Below are positions 19,790-32,182 of a stretch of DNA of 64,000 bases, piece by piece. Both the position numbers and the translations under genes were made by a program. Where the stretch lies: assembly GCA_963782915.1 (NCBI GenBank), contig CAWALK010000022.1, positions 256,001-320,000 of the forward strand, given 5' to 3'. Below the pieces are notes generated by a model. The model was not told where the DNA came from and searched no databases. It worked only from the letters and a program-made list of their open reading frames with translations. This stretch comes from an uncultured archaeon. Its GTDB lineage: Archaea; Thermoproteota; Bathyarchaeia; Bathyarchaeales; Bathycorpusculaceae. How positions within the stretch are numbered: position 1 is the stretch's first letter; each line of letters begins with the position of its first letter.

Positions 19790-20890
19790 TTATGTGCTTC
19801 CGTTGCTGTTGTTGACGCCTTTGAGAAAGCTGCTGATGAGCCGCCCCTCCTGTTCTGTTTCCACTAGGAAAGAGTCATGTCCATAGGTGGCATTGATTTC
19901 GCAGTAGCTTGCATCGACGCCCTGAGAGTTTGCAGGCTTTTACGATTTCCTGGGATTGGTAGGTGGGGTAGAGCCAATCTGACTTGAAGGCGATGACTAG
20001 CACTTTTGCGTGTAAGCCCCTGAAGATGTCTGCCGAGGCTGTGCCCGTTTAAGATGTTGAAGTAGTCTATGGCTTTGGTTATGTAGAGGTAGCTGTTTGC
20101 GTCAAATCGTCTGACAAAGCTGTCGCCTCTATTGTGGAGGTATCCTTCGACTTCGAAGTCAGCGCCAAACTTGAATGGTGCCTTGTCAGAGCGGAATTTT
20201 CGCCCGAACTTTTCAGCCATCGAAGCGTCACTCATGTATGTTATGTGTCCTATCATCCGTGCTATGGCTAAGCCTTTGGCGGGGATGCTTTTGCCATAGT
20301 AGTTGCCGCCCTGCCAGTCGGTGTCTGCCATGATTGCTTGGCGTGCCGACTTCGTTGAAAGCGATTTGCTGTGGATTATGCTGCAGAGCGGTAGCGATGG
20401 GAACTGCTGAGCGGATTCGTTTTGGATATTGAGTCATCCATTGCAGAACTTGCATGCCGCCCATGGAGCCGCCGATGACGGATAGAAGCTGCTGGATGCC
20501 TAAGTGGTCGATTAGGTGGCGTTGGGCTTTGACCATGTCGCCGATTGTGATTAAGGGGAAATCGGTTCCGTATGGTTTGCCCGTTTTTGGGTTGGTTGAT
20601 GATGGTCCTGTGGAGCCGCGGCAGCCGCCGACGACGTTGCTGCATATGACGTAGTACTTGTCGGTGTCGATGCCTTTGCCGCTGCCGATTAGGTTGCTCC
20701 ACCAGCCGCCTTCGCCAGCGACATGTGCGTCGCCGCTAAATGCGTGCAGAATTAGGATTGCGTTGGATTTGTCGCTGTTTAGTTTGCCGTAGGTTTCATA
20801 GGCAAGCGTAACTGGGCCGAGTTTTTCGCCTGACTCGAGCGTTAACTCGTCGAAGGTGAACTGTTGGGTTTGTTGGGTTGTTATTAGCGT
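19790..20890 (-). CDS. metX: Homoserine O-acetyltransferase (several frameshifts; start codon not resolved)
   Basis: [39 protein letters not shown]. Confidence 0.9.
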
Positions 20891-20920
20891 TGTTTCCTCC
20901 TACAAAAAGAAAAAAGTTTG

Positions 20921-22360
<1,440 letters not shown>

Positions 22361-22400
22361 TCAGAAGAAAGAAAGTTAGAATAGCGACTTGGAACTCAAG

Positions 22401-23450
22401 TTAGTGCGTATGGTTTTCCATTTTATAGATTTGCTCAGGCTTTGAAATAGTAATTTTTGTGCCTGGAGCAACAGGTCCAGTAACCCAAACGTTCCCACCG
22501 ATAACAGAGTTGTCGCCAACTACAGTTTCTGCACCCAGCAAAGTAGCGCCTGAATAGATAACGACGTTGTTGCCGACGGTTGGGTGGCGTTTGCGCCCTT
22601 TTATGATGTTGCCTTTCTCGTCCTTGGGAAAACTCAACGCGCCCAATGTGACGCCTTGGTAGAGTTTGACGTTGTCGCCGATTTCGGCTGTTTCGCCGAT
22701 GACGACGCCTGTGCCGTGGTCGATGAAGAAGTTTTTGCCGATTTTTGCGCCCGGATGAATATCTATGCCTGTCAATGAATGCATGTGTTCACTCATGATG
22801 CGTGGAATCAACGGCACGCCGCTTAAGTAGAGTTCGTGGGCTATGCGGTAAGTGGTAATCGCTAGGACACAGGGGTAACTAAGAATAACTTCGTCATTAC
22901 TGACGGCCGCTGGGTCGCCGCTGTATGCAGCTTGGATGTCTCCGCTGAGTTTTGAGCGGATTTCAGGCAGTTTATCAAGGAGGTCACGTGACACAACGTG
23001 CGCCCGTTTTTGGCAGAGGTCCTGTGGGCATTCGCTGATTTTTCTGCAAATATATTTCAGGCTCTTTTCAGTTTCATCTGTGAGCCGAGTGTAAACTGAG
23101 GTAATTTTGAGTCCTAAATGATACTTGATGTTGGCTTTGGTGACTTCTGAATCACCTAAGTAGCCGGGGAAAAGAATACTGAACAGGTCTTCGAGGACTT
23201 CGATGACGACTTTTTTGGATGGGAGGTCGCGTCCTTCAAGATGGTCCATGCCGCCGAATTTTTCGTAGCTAACCATTATGTCGTCTACGAGTGCTGGGAC
23301 ACCTTTTAGCACCCAGTCTTGCTCTACAGTTTGGTTGTTACGCATAAGTGTGTCTAGCATGCGGTCTGGGTTCCAGCAGTCAATGTCCTTGTTTTTTTCT
23401 AGGCATTCTTTGCAGTCTTTTGGTCGAGGCTGAGTGGGGTTTATCGTCAT
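22401..23450 (-). CDS. cysE: Serine O-acetyltransferase
   Basis: [44 protein letters not shown]. Confidence 0.95.
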   Translation of the reverse strand: MTINPTQPRPKDCKECLEKNKDIDCWNPDRMLDTLMRNNQTVEQDWVLKGVPALVDDIMVSYEKFGGMDHLEGRDLPSKKVVIEVLEDLFSILFPGYLGDSEVTKANIKYHLGLKITSVYTRLTDETEKSLKYICRKISECPQDLCQKRAHVVSRDLLDKLPEIRSKLSGDIQAAYSGDPAAVSNDEVILSYPCVLAITTYRIAHELYLSGVPLIPRIMSEHMHSLTGIDIHPGAKIGKNFFIDHGTGVVIGETAEIGDNVKLYQGVTLGALSFPKDEKGNIIKGRKRHPTVGNNVVIYSGATLLGAETVVGDNSVIGGNVWVTGPVAPGTKITISKPEQIYKMENHTH

Positions 23451-23523
23451 GTCTTTTCCCTTTCCCTCTGTATTGTCGAGGGGGAAATATAAGAGAAGCG
23501 TCTTTCAAAAGGAAAAAAGGGTT

Positions 23524-24468
23524 TTAGATGGTTGGTGGTGGAGTTGGCTCCTGGAATAGTGGTGTGCTTAGGTAGCGTTCGCCTGTGTCTGGTAGGATGA
23601 CAACGATTAGTTTACCCTTGTTTTCGGGGCGTTTTGCAACTTCAATTGCTGCCCACGCTGCTGCTCCCGCGGAGATACCGACCAGTAAGCCTTCCTTTTG
23701 CGCAAGTGCTCGAGCCGTTTTTAATGCATCATCGTCTGTTACTTGTACGATTTCATCAACCAAGTTTAATTGCAGCACATCGGGTTTGAAGCCTGCGCCT
23801 ATGCCCTGGATTTTGTGTGGACCTTTCTTTCCGCCGCTCAGTACTGGTGACCCTGCTGGTTCGACAGCTATTGCTTTGAACGAGGGTTTTTTTGGTTTGA
23901 TGGCTTCTGCGACGCCTGTTATGGTTCCGCCTGTGCCGACACCTGCAACTACGAAGTCCACTTTGCCGTCTGTGTCTTCCCAGATTTCGGGACCTGTGGT
24001 TTCTCGGTGGACTTTGGGGTTGGCGAGGTTTTTGAATTGTTGGGGCATGAAGCTGTTGGGTGTGGCGGCGATGAGTTCTTCTGCTTTTTTGATGGCTCCG
24101 CCCATGCCGTCTGGTCCGGGTGTGAGGACGAGTTGTGCGCCGTATGCTTTGAGGAGGTTGCGGCGTTCGATGCTCATGGTTTCGGGCATGGTTAGGATGA
24201 GTTTGTAGCCTTTGACGGCTGCGACCATGGCGAGTCCGATGCCTGTGTTGCCGGATGTGGGTTCGATGAGTGTTGCGCCGGGTTTTATTATGCCTTGTTT
24301 TTCGGCTTCATCTATCATGGCTTGGCATATGCGGTCTTTGACGCTTCCGCCGGGGTTTTTGGATTCGAGTTTAGCTACGACGGTGGCGTTTGTGCCTTCG
24401 GTTAGTTTGTTTAGTTGGATGAGTGGTGTTTTTCCGATTGTTTCTAACACGTTTTTGTTTATTTTCAT
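23524..24468 (-). CDS. cysK: Cysteine synthase A
   Basis: [42 protein letters not shown]. Confidence 0.97.
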   Translation of the reverse strand: MKINKNVLETIGKTPLIQLNKLTEGTNATVVAKLESKNPGGSVKDRICQAMIDEAEKQGIIKPGATLIEPTSGNTGIGLAMVAAVKGYKLILTMPETMSIERRNLLKAYGAQLVLTPGPDGMGGAIKKAEELIAATPNSFMPQQFKNLANPKVHRETTGPEIWEDTDGKVDFVVAGVGTGGTITGVAEAIKPKKPSFKAIAVEPAGSPVLSGGKKGPHKIQGIGAGFKPDVLQLNLVDEIVQVTDDDALKTARALAQKEGLLVGISAGAAAWAAIEVAKRPENKGKLIVVILPDTGERYLSTPLFQEPTPPPTI

Positions 24469-24482
24469 GTCACTACACTTTC

Positions 24483-24497
24483 TATAACACTGTTATA
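24483..24497. promoter_or_regulatory. Perfect palindrome TATAACA-C-TGTTATA upstream of cysK
   Basis: 7-1-7 inverted repeat 14 nt before the cysK ATG. Confidence 0.75.
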
Positions 24498-24627
24498 AGT
24501 TTTAGGTGTTGCTTAAAAACCTTTTCGGCAACCTAAGAAGCCCCAAAGAAAAACATATTCTCTGGCGGCAAACAAAGACCACCAAAACATAAACGCAATA
24601 GAAAGAACCAATACTTAAAAAATACCC

Positions 24628-25183
24628 TCAAAGCATCCTAAGCAAGTCAGCCTTCGTAATAATACCAATGACCACGCCTTTCTTGGAAACCAAAACAGCC
24701 GAATAAGTCTGCAACAAGCTGGTAATCAACGACAAGGGGCGCATCATCGTTTATCTGCGGGAAAGCTTCCTCCATAATTCTCTCTGTGGGTTGCTTAGAA
24801 ATTTCATCTAAATCTTGCCCCGCTAAAATTTGGCGTAGAATTGCTTTTTCTGAAATGCTGCCCACGGATTGTTTTCCGTCAAAAACGGGTATTTGCGAGT
24901 AGCCGTGTTCCTTCATGACTGTGACGGCTTCGGAGATTGGCTGGCTTCTTTGTACGCTTACGACTTCGGTGTGGAGGATTTTTTCTGTTTGGACTTTGGT
25001 TTTGAATTCTAAGCGTTCGAGCACGTCGAAGATTGTTCTTACTTTGGTGTATGATGAGTCGATGGTTCCAGCTTCGAGTTTGGCGATGAGGGATTGGCTT
25101 ACGCCTGCGGCTTTGGCTAATTCGGATTGTTTTAAGCCTAGTTGGCGTCTGCGTTTGCCTATGTCTTCTAGTGTGGGGAACAT
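24628..25183 (-). CDS. XRE-HTH plus CBS-pair transcriptional regulator (frameshift near 24730)
   Basis: RRRQLGLKQSELAKAAGVSQSLIAKLE; GYSQIPV; shifted GIITKADLLRML*. Confidence 0.9.
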
Positions 25184-25198
25184 GGATTTTAATTGATA

Positions 25199-25213
25199 CT
25201 TAACACTGTTATA
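25199..25213. promoter_or_regulatory. Operator CTTAAC-ACT-GTTATA upstream of the HTH-CBS gene
   Basis: 13 nt (TAACACTGTTATA) identical to the cysK site, at nearly the same distance from ATG. Confidence 0.72.
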
Positions 25214-25301
25214 TATTCTTTTTGGAATAAGCCTTTTGCCTCAGAAGAGAACAACCCACAGAATACGAGGAAAAGTTTGTCCGATTGAAATGACTTATAA
25301 G

Positions 25302-25316
25302 TATAAGTGCGTTATA
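25302..25316. promoter_or_regulatory. Operator TATAAG-TGC-GTTATA upstream of the divergent HTH regulator
   Basis: One mismatch to the arm consensus, 14 nt before ATG 25331. Confidence 0.62.
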
Positions 25317-25330
25317 ATGGAACGATACTC

Positions 25331-25687
25331 ATGGACCCACAATGCGAAATAATCGGCAAATACGTCCTACCCATATTCAGCTCAATGCTAGCCAAAGAAC
25401 TCGTCCAGAAATACAAGCTTTCACAGACAGAAGCAGCAAAAAAACTGGGCACCACCCAAGCCGCAGTCAGCCAATACCTCAGTTCTAAACGTGCCTACAA
25501 AGGCGTTGAACACGTGGAGGAGTATCTTCCAAAAATTCAAGCGATGGCAGAGGAAACCGCAAGAAAAGTAATCAACAAAGAAATCAGCACAGGAGACATC
25601 ACACCGGATTTCTGTAGCCTTTGCGCAACCTTCTGCAAAAAAGCAACACCAGCACCTGAATCTTCTAAGCCTGAATATTACATTTAA
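25331..25687 (+). CDS. Small XRE-type HTH regulator with Cys motifs (COG2522-like)
   Basis: MDPQCE; LSQTEAAKKLGTTQAAVSQYLSSKR; FCSLCATFC. Confidence 0.85.
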   Translation: MDPQCEIIGKYVLPIFSSMLAKELVQKYKLSQTEAAKKLGTTQAAVSQYLSSKRAYKGVEHVEEYLPKIQAMAEETARKVINKEISTGDITPDFCSLCATFCKKATPAPESSKPEYYI

Positions 25688-25755
25688 GCTCTCTTTGGAT
25701 TCAGCATCGAGTTTCTAGCAGAAACCCTAATATGATTTTTTAAGTTAATCGATGC

Positions 25756-26562
25756 TTAATGGTTCTGTAGCCAATTCTTTATGGTAGCGATGAATTGTTC
25801 CCGTTTGGCAGCATCGCATTTGCGGCGGGGCGGTACAGGGCTTAAATCGTCATAGAACCAGTGGCCAGCATCACCGAAAAACTCCAGCTTCTTATCCTTG
25901 GCTGCAAGTTTGGCATAGAGTTGTTTAGCTCCTGCCGGTTGCACTGTAACGTCTGCTTCTCCCTGCAAAATCAACGTTGGCACCTCAACATGGCAAGCGT
26001 TAGAGAGAGCGGTGTCAATTAGCTGGTGTTGTATGTTTGAGAGGTAGCTTTCTGTGAGCGCCCACGTTTCGAGGGGGTCGCTTTGCATTATTTTAATTTC
26101 TTCTTGGTCCCTGTTTTGATCCGTGTAGATGTTGCTTATGGCACAAGCTACGGCTGGGGCAGCAAGTACCAAACCGCCAACATTGGTCGGGTGATTGGCT
26201 GCATACCAGACGCTGTAGATGCCGCCTAAGCTGTGGCCAAGCATAAACAACTTTTTCCCTTTGTGGCTATTGCGCAGATGCACTACAAAATCATCTATGT
26301 CTTGCAAATGTCGCTGAAAATCACTCACAAAACCCTTCTGCGAACCTGCCTCCGAAGATTCGCCAAACCCCCTCAAATCCAACGCGTACACTTCACTGCC
26401 ATTAGCTGCCAACTTAGGAGCTATGTTTCTGAACCACCCTGAGTAGTCGCCTAAGCCATGAATGCAAACAACCAATCGTTTTGGTGCAGTGGCTTTCCAG
26501 TAGCGGTAGGCTAAGTAGAAGCCGTCGGTGGCTTGGAATCTTTGGGTTGAATTATTGCTCAA
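25756..26562 (-). CDS. Alpha/beta hydrolase (lysophospholipase-like)
   Basis: IHGLGD, DLRGFGES, GHSLGG, QGEADVTV, AGHW. Confidence 0.9.
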   Translation of the reverse strand: MSNNSTQRFQATDGFYLAYRYWKATAPKRLVVCIHGLGDYSGWFRNIAPKLAANGSEVYALDLRGFGESSEAGSQKGFVSDFQRHLQDIDDFVVHLRNSHKGKKLFMLGHSLGGIYSVWYAANHPTNVGGLVLAAPAVACAISNIYTDQNRDQEEIKIMQSDPLETWALTESYLSNIQHQLIDTALSNACHVEVPTLILQGEADVTVQPAGAKQLYAKLAAKDKKLEFFGDAGHWFYDDLSPVPPRRKCDAAKREQFIATIKNWLQNH

Positions 26563-27137
26563 CTCGTGTTGGCACCAGTATGGTTAGGCAGTTTTAGCTG
26601 TTGGATTTCTTGGTAGATTTCATTCCAGTTGTACACTCGTTTGGTTAAGTTTTTGACGTTAAAGGATTGGTTATAGGGGTGATCATAAACCAGAACTTTG
26701 TTGACTTTTTGGGTCCACTCTAAGGCGTCCTCCAGTGAATCCTCAACTATTACATCCAGTTTTGAGATGTTAGCTTGATACTTTTTGCCGATATTTAAAA
26801 GGTGTAGTTCATTGTAGGGGACGCCTTTGTTTTTGAGCCAACCCTGGGTGATCTCTCTAAGGTAGCTCCATCTGCCGGTCAACAGAAAGATACTGTGACC
26901 TTCTCTGCTGAGTCGTTCCAGTGTCTCTTTAGCGCCAGTGTAGAGTGGCAAGTCTTGCTTGAGGATTTCTGTAATAAGTGCTGTTTCTTCTGCACGAGTT
27001 ATTCCTAGTACGATGTTTAGGTCAAAGCAGTAAATATCCTTCTCTGTTAGAGTCACGCCATAGTTTGTTTTGATTGTGTTGATTAGGGGACCTGCAAAGT
27101 TGGCGATTACCCCGTCTATGTCGAAGCCTAAATTCAT
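26559..27137 (-). CDS. HAD-family 5'(3')-deoxyribonucleotidase-like protein
   Basis: FDIDGV, LTGR, VEDS, HPYNQ. Confidence 0.85.
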   Translation of the reverse strand: MNLGFDIDGVIANFAGPLINTIKTNYGVTLTEKDIYCFDLNIVLGITRAEETALITEILKQDLPLYTGAKETLERLSREGHSIFLLTGRWSYLREITQGWLKNKGVPYNELHLLNIGKKYQANISKLDVIVEDSLEDALEWTQKVNKVLVYDHPYNQSFNVKNLTKRVYNWNEIYQEIQQLKLPNHTGANTS

Positions 27138-27318
27138 CGATGTTTCTTCCTGAATAATACAATGAGTTTGAGCCTTTGGGTTATATGGCTTCTTGAAAAA
27201 ATTATTCCAAAACAGGTTTTCCCGTTAAAGCCATAGCGATATCGATTTCTTTAGAAATAACTAAAAAATTAAGAAAAATGAATAAGCACTCAACCCCGAA
27301 GGGTCAAGCTGCCACACG

Positions 27319-27763
27319 CTAAAGCAAACGGAAGTTTTCTTTAACCGTCGTCAACACTACATGGGTGTTAGTCCGTTCAATGTAGGGCAACGCAAGCATC
27401 TTCTTAGTGAAAGCGCCAAGGTCTTCTCGGCTCTTGAATTTAGCAATGATGACGGCATCGGTTAAGCCAGTGACGTCGTATACTCCGCAGACGTTTGGGA
27501 TTTTAGCGATTTCATTCTCTGTCTCAACTAGCCTGCCTTTTGGAAACGGTGATTTCGGTGACAACCGTTAGTTGATAACCTAATTTTTCGTGGTCAAGTA
27601 TGACTGAGTAACCCTTGATTAAGCCTTCATCTTCCATCTTTTTGATTCTGGACAAGACGGTGCCGACTGAAACGCCGACGTTTTTGGCGATTTGGCGACT
27701 GGAAAACCTTGCGTCTTCTAGGAGGCCTTGGAGGATTTTAACATCTGTTTCGTTTAATTCCAT
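27319..27763 (-). CDS. Lrp/AsnC family regulator (frameshift near 27540)
   Basis: DVKILQGLLEDARFSSRQIAKNVGVSVGTVLSRIKKM; VYDVTGLTD RAM domain. Confidence 0.92.
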
Positions 27764-27981
27764 ATGATCATTTCCTGCACGTTCTTTCAATTAAACCCTA
27801 TTTTATGGAACACGCTTTTGATATTCAGACGATTAAGTTTATAAAAGTTTAGTTTCTCACTCGCCAAGACACCCAGCCTATTTAGGTTGATAAACCTTGG
27901 AGGACAGCTTGGCTTTAATTATAAAAAGTGAGAGTAATCTTAAATTAACCCCGAAACCCCAATAGTCCTGAGCCAACCACT

Positions 27982-29532
27982 ATGCCAGCTAAATACGACA
28001 CCATACTCGTCCTAGATTTCGGCGGACAATACTGCCACCTAATCGGTAGAAGAATCAGAGAACACGGTGTCTTCTCAGAAATCGTGCCCCACGACATCTC
28101 ACCCGAAGAAGTCAAGGCACTCAACGAAAAATTCAACGTTAAAGGCTTAATATTATCAGGTGGACCCTCAAGCGTTTATGAACCAAACGCGCCTAAACTC
28201 CACCCACGAATTCTAGAAGTAGATTTACCAATCTTAGGCTTATGTTATGGCCACCAGCTTTTAGCCCAAATAGTTAACGGCAAAGTTGAACCTGCAACCT
28301 GCAAAGAATATGGCATAGCCCAAGTCAACATCGACAAGCCCGTGGGCATCCTCGAAGGCTTGAGCATGAAAGAGCAGGTTTGGATGAGCCACGGCGACAC
28401 CGTCATGGCACCCCCACCAGAATTCGAATCCTTAGCACACACCGACAACTGCCCAGTCGCAGCTTTCCGCCACAAAACCAAACCCATCTACGGCCTGCAA
28501 TGGCATCCAGAAGTCATCCACACCGAAAACGGCATGCGCATGCTACAAAACTTTATTTTCCAAGTCTGCAAAGCCCAAGCTAACTGGCAAATGGAAGACC
28601 TCATCGGCAAAATGGTAAAGAACTCCAAGATGAAACAGGCGATGCCAGAGCCATCATCGGCTTAAGCGGCGGCATAGACTCGAGTGTCGCCACAGCATTG
28701 GCTGCTAAGGCGCTTGGAGAAAAATTAACCGCAGTCTACGTTGACCATGGTTTTATGAGGGAAGGAGAAACCGAAGCCATCCGTAAAACCTTCGAAAAAT
28801 TCGACATCAATTTCGTAGTCGCTGACGCCCAAGAACGCTTCATGAATAAATTAAGAGGCACAACAGAACCAGAGACTAAACGCAAGATAATGGGTGAAGA
28901 ATTCATCCGAGTCTTCGAAGAAATCGCCGCCAAATCAGGCGCAGAATACCTAATCCAGGGCACAATCTACCCAGATAGAATCGAATCGGGCTTCCGCAAA
29001 AACAGCGACAAAATCAAATGCCACCACAACGTCGCTGGCTTACCAGAGAAAATAAAGTTCAAAAAAATCCTCGAACCACTCCGTGACCTCTATAAAGATG
29101 AAGTGAGAAAAGTCGCGCGCATGCTTGACCTTCCCAAAGAGCTCGTTAACCGTCAACCATTCCCGGGACCCGGCTTAGCGGTACGCATCATCGGACCCCT
29201 AACTGATGAGAAAGTTGCCATCGCAAAGAAATCCGACCTAATCGTACAGAGAAGAAATCGAACGCTGCGACTTCGCCGAGAGCCTATGGCAGTACTTCTC
29301 AGTAGTAACCGACACCAAAGCTACGGGCGTGAAAGGTGATGCACGGGCATATGGTTACGTGGTTGCTGTGCGTGCAATGGAGAGCCGAGAAGCTATGACA
29401 GCCAGCTTCGCCAAGATACCTTACTCGGTACTGGAGAAGATTTCCACTCGGATTACCAATGAGATTCCGCAGGTTACCCGCGTAGTATATGATGTTACGC
29501 ATAAGCCTCCTGCAACTATCGAGTGGGAATAA
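27982..29532 (+). CDS. guaA: GMP synthase, GATase and ATP-PPase apparently fused (2 frameshifts)
   Basis: [55 protein letters not shown]. Confidence 0.95.
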
Positions 29533-29664
29533 CTCAATTTTCCTTCTATTTTAATTAGAAAACATCGCTGCTGTTAAGCAACCCCAAAGCAGCAGAGCAC
29601 GCTTTATCCATACTATTTTATATAAAAAACAACAGTTACAGTACTCCATACTCAAGGTGACAAT

Positions 29665-30720
29665 GTGAAAGCGTTGATATTAGCAGGCGGCTTTGCCACA
29701 AGACTCCGACCCCTAAGCTGTGCGCGCCCAAAAACACTTTTCCCAATAGTCAACAAACCCCTACTCCAATGGGTGTTTGAGCGATTGGCACAGGACGGCG
29801 TAGACGAAGCCATACTCGCAGTCAACGCTTTAACACAATTCTACATCCGCCAGTATAAGCCATCGAAATGTGGCTTACGAGTCAGATTCTCCATTGACCC
29901 GCCAAAAAAGCCTCTTGGAACCGGCGGTCCTGTGAAGAAGGCGGAGAAACTCATCGGCCGCGATGAACCATTCATCGTTTTAAACGGCGACATATTCGCA
30001 GACATAGACTACAAGAAACTGCTGGAGACTCACAAAAGAAATAACGCGCTTGTCACAATGGCGCTTTGCAGCGTAGAAGACCCCTGCAGCTTCGGTGTAG
30101 TGGAAATCCACGGCGACAACATCAAGCGGTTTGTTGAGAAGCCAGCTAAAGGGCAGGCGCCAAGCAACCTCATCAACGCCGGCGCATATGTTTTCAGCCC
30201 CGAAATCTTCGATTATATTCCCGAGGGCAGAGCAGTCTCTATTGAACGGGAAGTTTTCCCACAAATCGTTGAAGCAAACAGGATGGTCGGCTGCTGCATC
30301 AACGGCTTATGGATGGACATAGGAAAACCCCAGGAATACTTGCAGGCAAACAAAACAGTACTGGACCATATCAACGGCACCTTAGAGAAGCCTAAACCTG
30401 ACGGTTTTAAAGTAAACTATCCGGTTGCAGTAGATCACGGCGTTTCAATCGGCGAAAAATCAGTCATCGGCCCCTACGCAATCATAGGTAAAAACGCGAA
30501 AATAGGCAAAAACGTCACCATCATTGACTCCGTTATCTTCCCGGACGTAGAAATCGCAGACGGGGCCATCATAAATGGTGCAGTAGTAGGCGAAGGAGTA
30601 CATGTAGGCAAAAACGTCACATTGGAAAAAGGCTGCATAGTCGGTGACCAATCAAAAATCAAAGACAACGTACATCTGCACGATGGCTCAGCCGTGTGTC
30701 CGGCAAAGGAGATTTCTTGA
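29665..30720 (+). CDS. Sugar-phosphate nucleotidyltransferase (NDP-sugar synthase, mannose-1-P guanylyltransferase-like)
   Basis: LAGGFATRLRPL, NGD, FVEKP, WMDIG, hexapeptide LbH C-terminus. Confidence 0.92.
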   Translation: MKALILAGGFATRLRPLSCARPKTLFPIVNKPLLQWVFERLAQDGVDEAILAVNALTQFYIRQYKPSKCGLRVRFSIDPPKKPLGTGGPVKKAEKLIGRDEPFIVLNGDIFADIDYKKLLETHKRNNALVTMALCSVEDPCSFGVVEIHGDNIKRFVEKPAKGQAPSNLINAGAYVFSPEIFDYIPEGRAVSIEREVFPQIVEANRMVGCCINGLWMDIGKPQEYLQANKTVLDHINGTLEKPKPDGFKVNYPVAVDHGVSIGEKSVIGPYAIIGKNAKIGKNVTIIDSVIFPDVEIADGAIINGAVVGEGVHVGKNVTLEKGCIVGDQSKIKDNVHLHDGSAVCPAKEIS

Positions 30721-30780
30721 AAACTTTTTAAAACCGAACCTCGCTGTTAAATGGTACGAACAGTTACGAGTTGAAATCGT

Positions 30781-32155
30781 ATGAGTACAACTACTAAACT
30801 TTTTGGAACAAACGGTATCCGCGGCCTAGTAAACATTGAATTGACGCCTGAAATGGCAATTAAAATGGGTGCATCGATTGGAACTTTTTTCGGAAAAGAC
30901 AAAAACATACTCATTGGGTACGATGCACGAACCAGCGGTCCAATGTTCACTAAAGCTGTTATTTCTGGTTTGATGGCGGCTGGATGCAACGTATACGCAG
31001 CCGGTATGGCTTCTACTCCGGCTATTCAATTCGCTACTAAAAATCACAAATTCGCCGGCGGAGTAATCATATCTGCTTCACACAATCCACCGGAATATAA
31101 TGGTATCAAAGTTATCTGGAGCGACGGCATCGAAACCTCACATGAACAAGAGGTTGAAATCGAGAGCATTTACTTCGAAAACAAAATCGTTTATGCCCCA
31201 TGGGATAAACTCGGAGCCAAACATGATTTGCCCGGAATAAACGATGAATACAAAGACGCAATGAAAAAGCATGTTGACGTAGCAAAAATCGCTGCCAAAC
31301 ACTTCCACGTCGTAGTAGATGCAGCTAACAGTGTCGGAGGAATAGCCCTACCACCACTTCTAAGGGAACTGGGCTGCAAATGCACAACCATAAACGCCAA
31401 CATCGACGGCACCTTCCCCGGCAGACTCCCCGAACCCCGACCTGAAAGCCTCGGTGACTTATCTGCAACCGTTAAAGCAATCGGCGCAGACATGGGCGTC
31501 GCCTTCGACGGAGACGCAGACCGCTCAATTTTCTGTGACGGAAACGGCACCATCTACTGGGGAGACAAAACCTTCGCCGTAGTCATAAAACAGTACCTAA
31601 TCAAGAATCCGGGCGCAAAAATCGTAACACCCGTAAGCTCCTCCACCCTAATCAAAGACACCGTGGAAGCTTTCAAGGGCGAATTAATCTGGACCAAAGT
31701 CGGCAGCGTAACAGTTTCACAAACAATGAAGGCGGAAAACGCCAATTTAGGAGGAGAAGAAAACGGCGGCATCTTCTATCGCCCACACCAAGCCGTACGC
31801 GACGGAGCAATGACAACCGCGCTGCTACTCAACATTATGGCGGATACTGGAAAATCATTGGCTGAACTCGTCGCTGAACAGCCTCAATACTTTATTGAGA
31901 AAGGCAAAATCGAGTGCCCTAACAACAAAAAAGAGCCGCTGCTAGCAGAAAATCTATGAAGAAGTCAAAAACGAAAACGTCAGCACGATTGACGGGGTCA
32001 AAATCTGGTTCAAAGACGCCAGCGCTATCCTCATTCGACCAAGCGGTACTGAACCTGTCTTTAGGCTTTATGCTGAGGCAAAAGACCAAGGGAAAGCATT
32101 AAAGCTAGTAAAAGACTACACTTCAAAACTTGAACAACTGCTAGCAACCATATAG
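30781..32155 (+). CDS. glmM: Phosphoglucosamine mutase / phosphohexomutase (frameshift near 31945)
   Basis: FGTNGIRG, SASHNPPEYNG, FDGDADR, GGEENGG, shifted DGVK..RPSGTEP. Confidence 0.9.
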
Positions 32156-32182
32156 ACAAGTTCAAGCCTGAGGAACTACCCC

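Noticed and set aside
23461-23487. Hairpin TTTCCCTC...GAGGGGGAAA near the cysE ribosome-binding region as a riboswitch
   Set aside because: Short, imperfect and low-complexity, with no resemblance to known SAM or T-box elements.
27982-29532. guaA as separate guaAA/guaAB genes
   Set aside because: The first break falls after the inter-domain linker, and the LSGGIDSS motif lies in the shifted frame before any plausible start, which fits a fused gene with indels.
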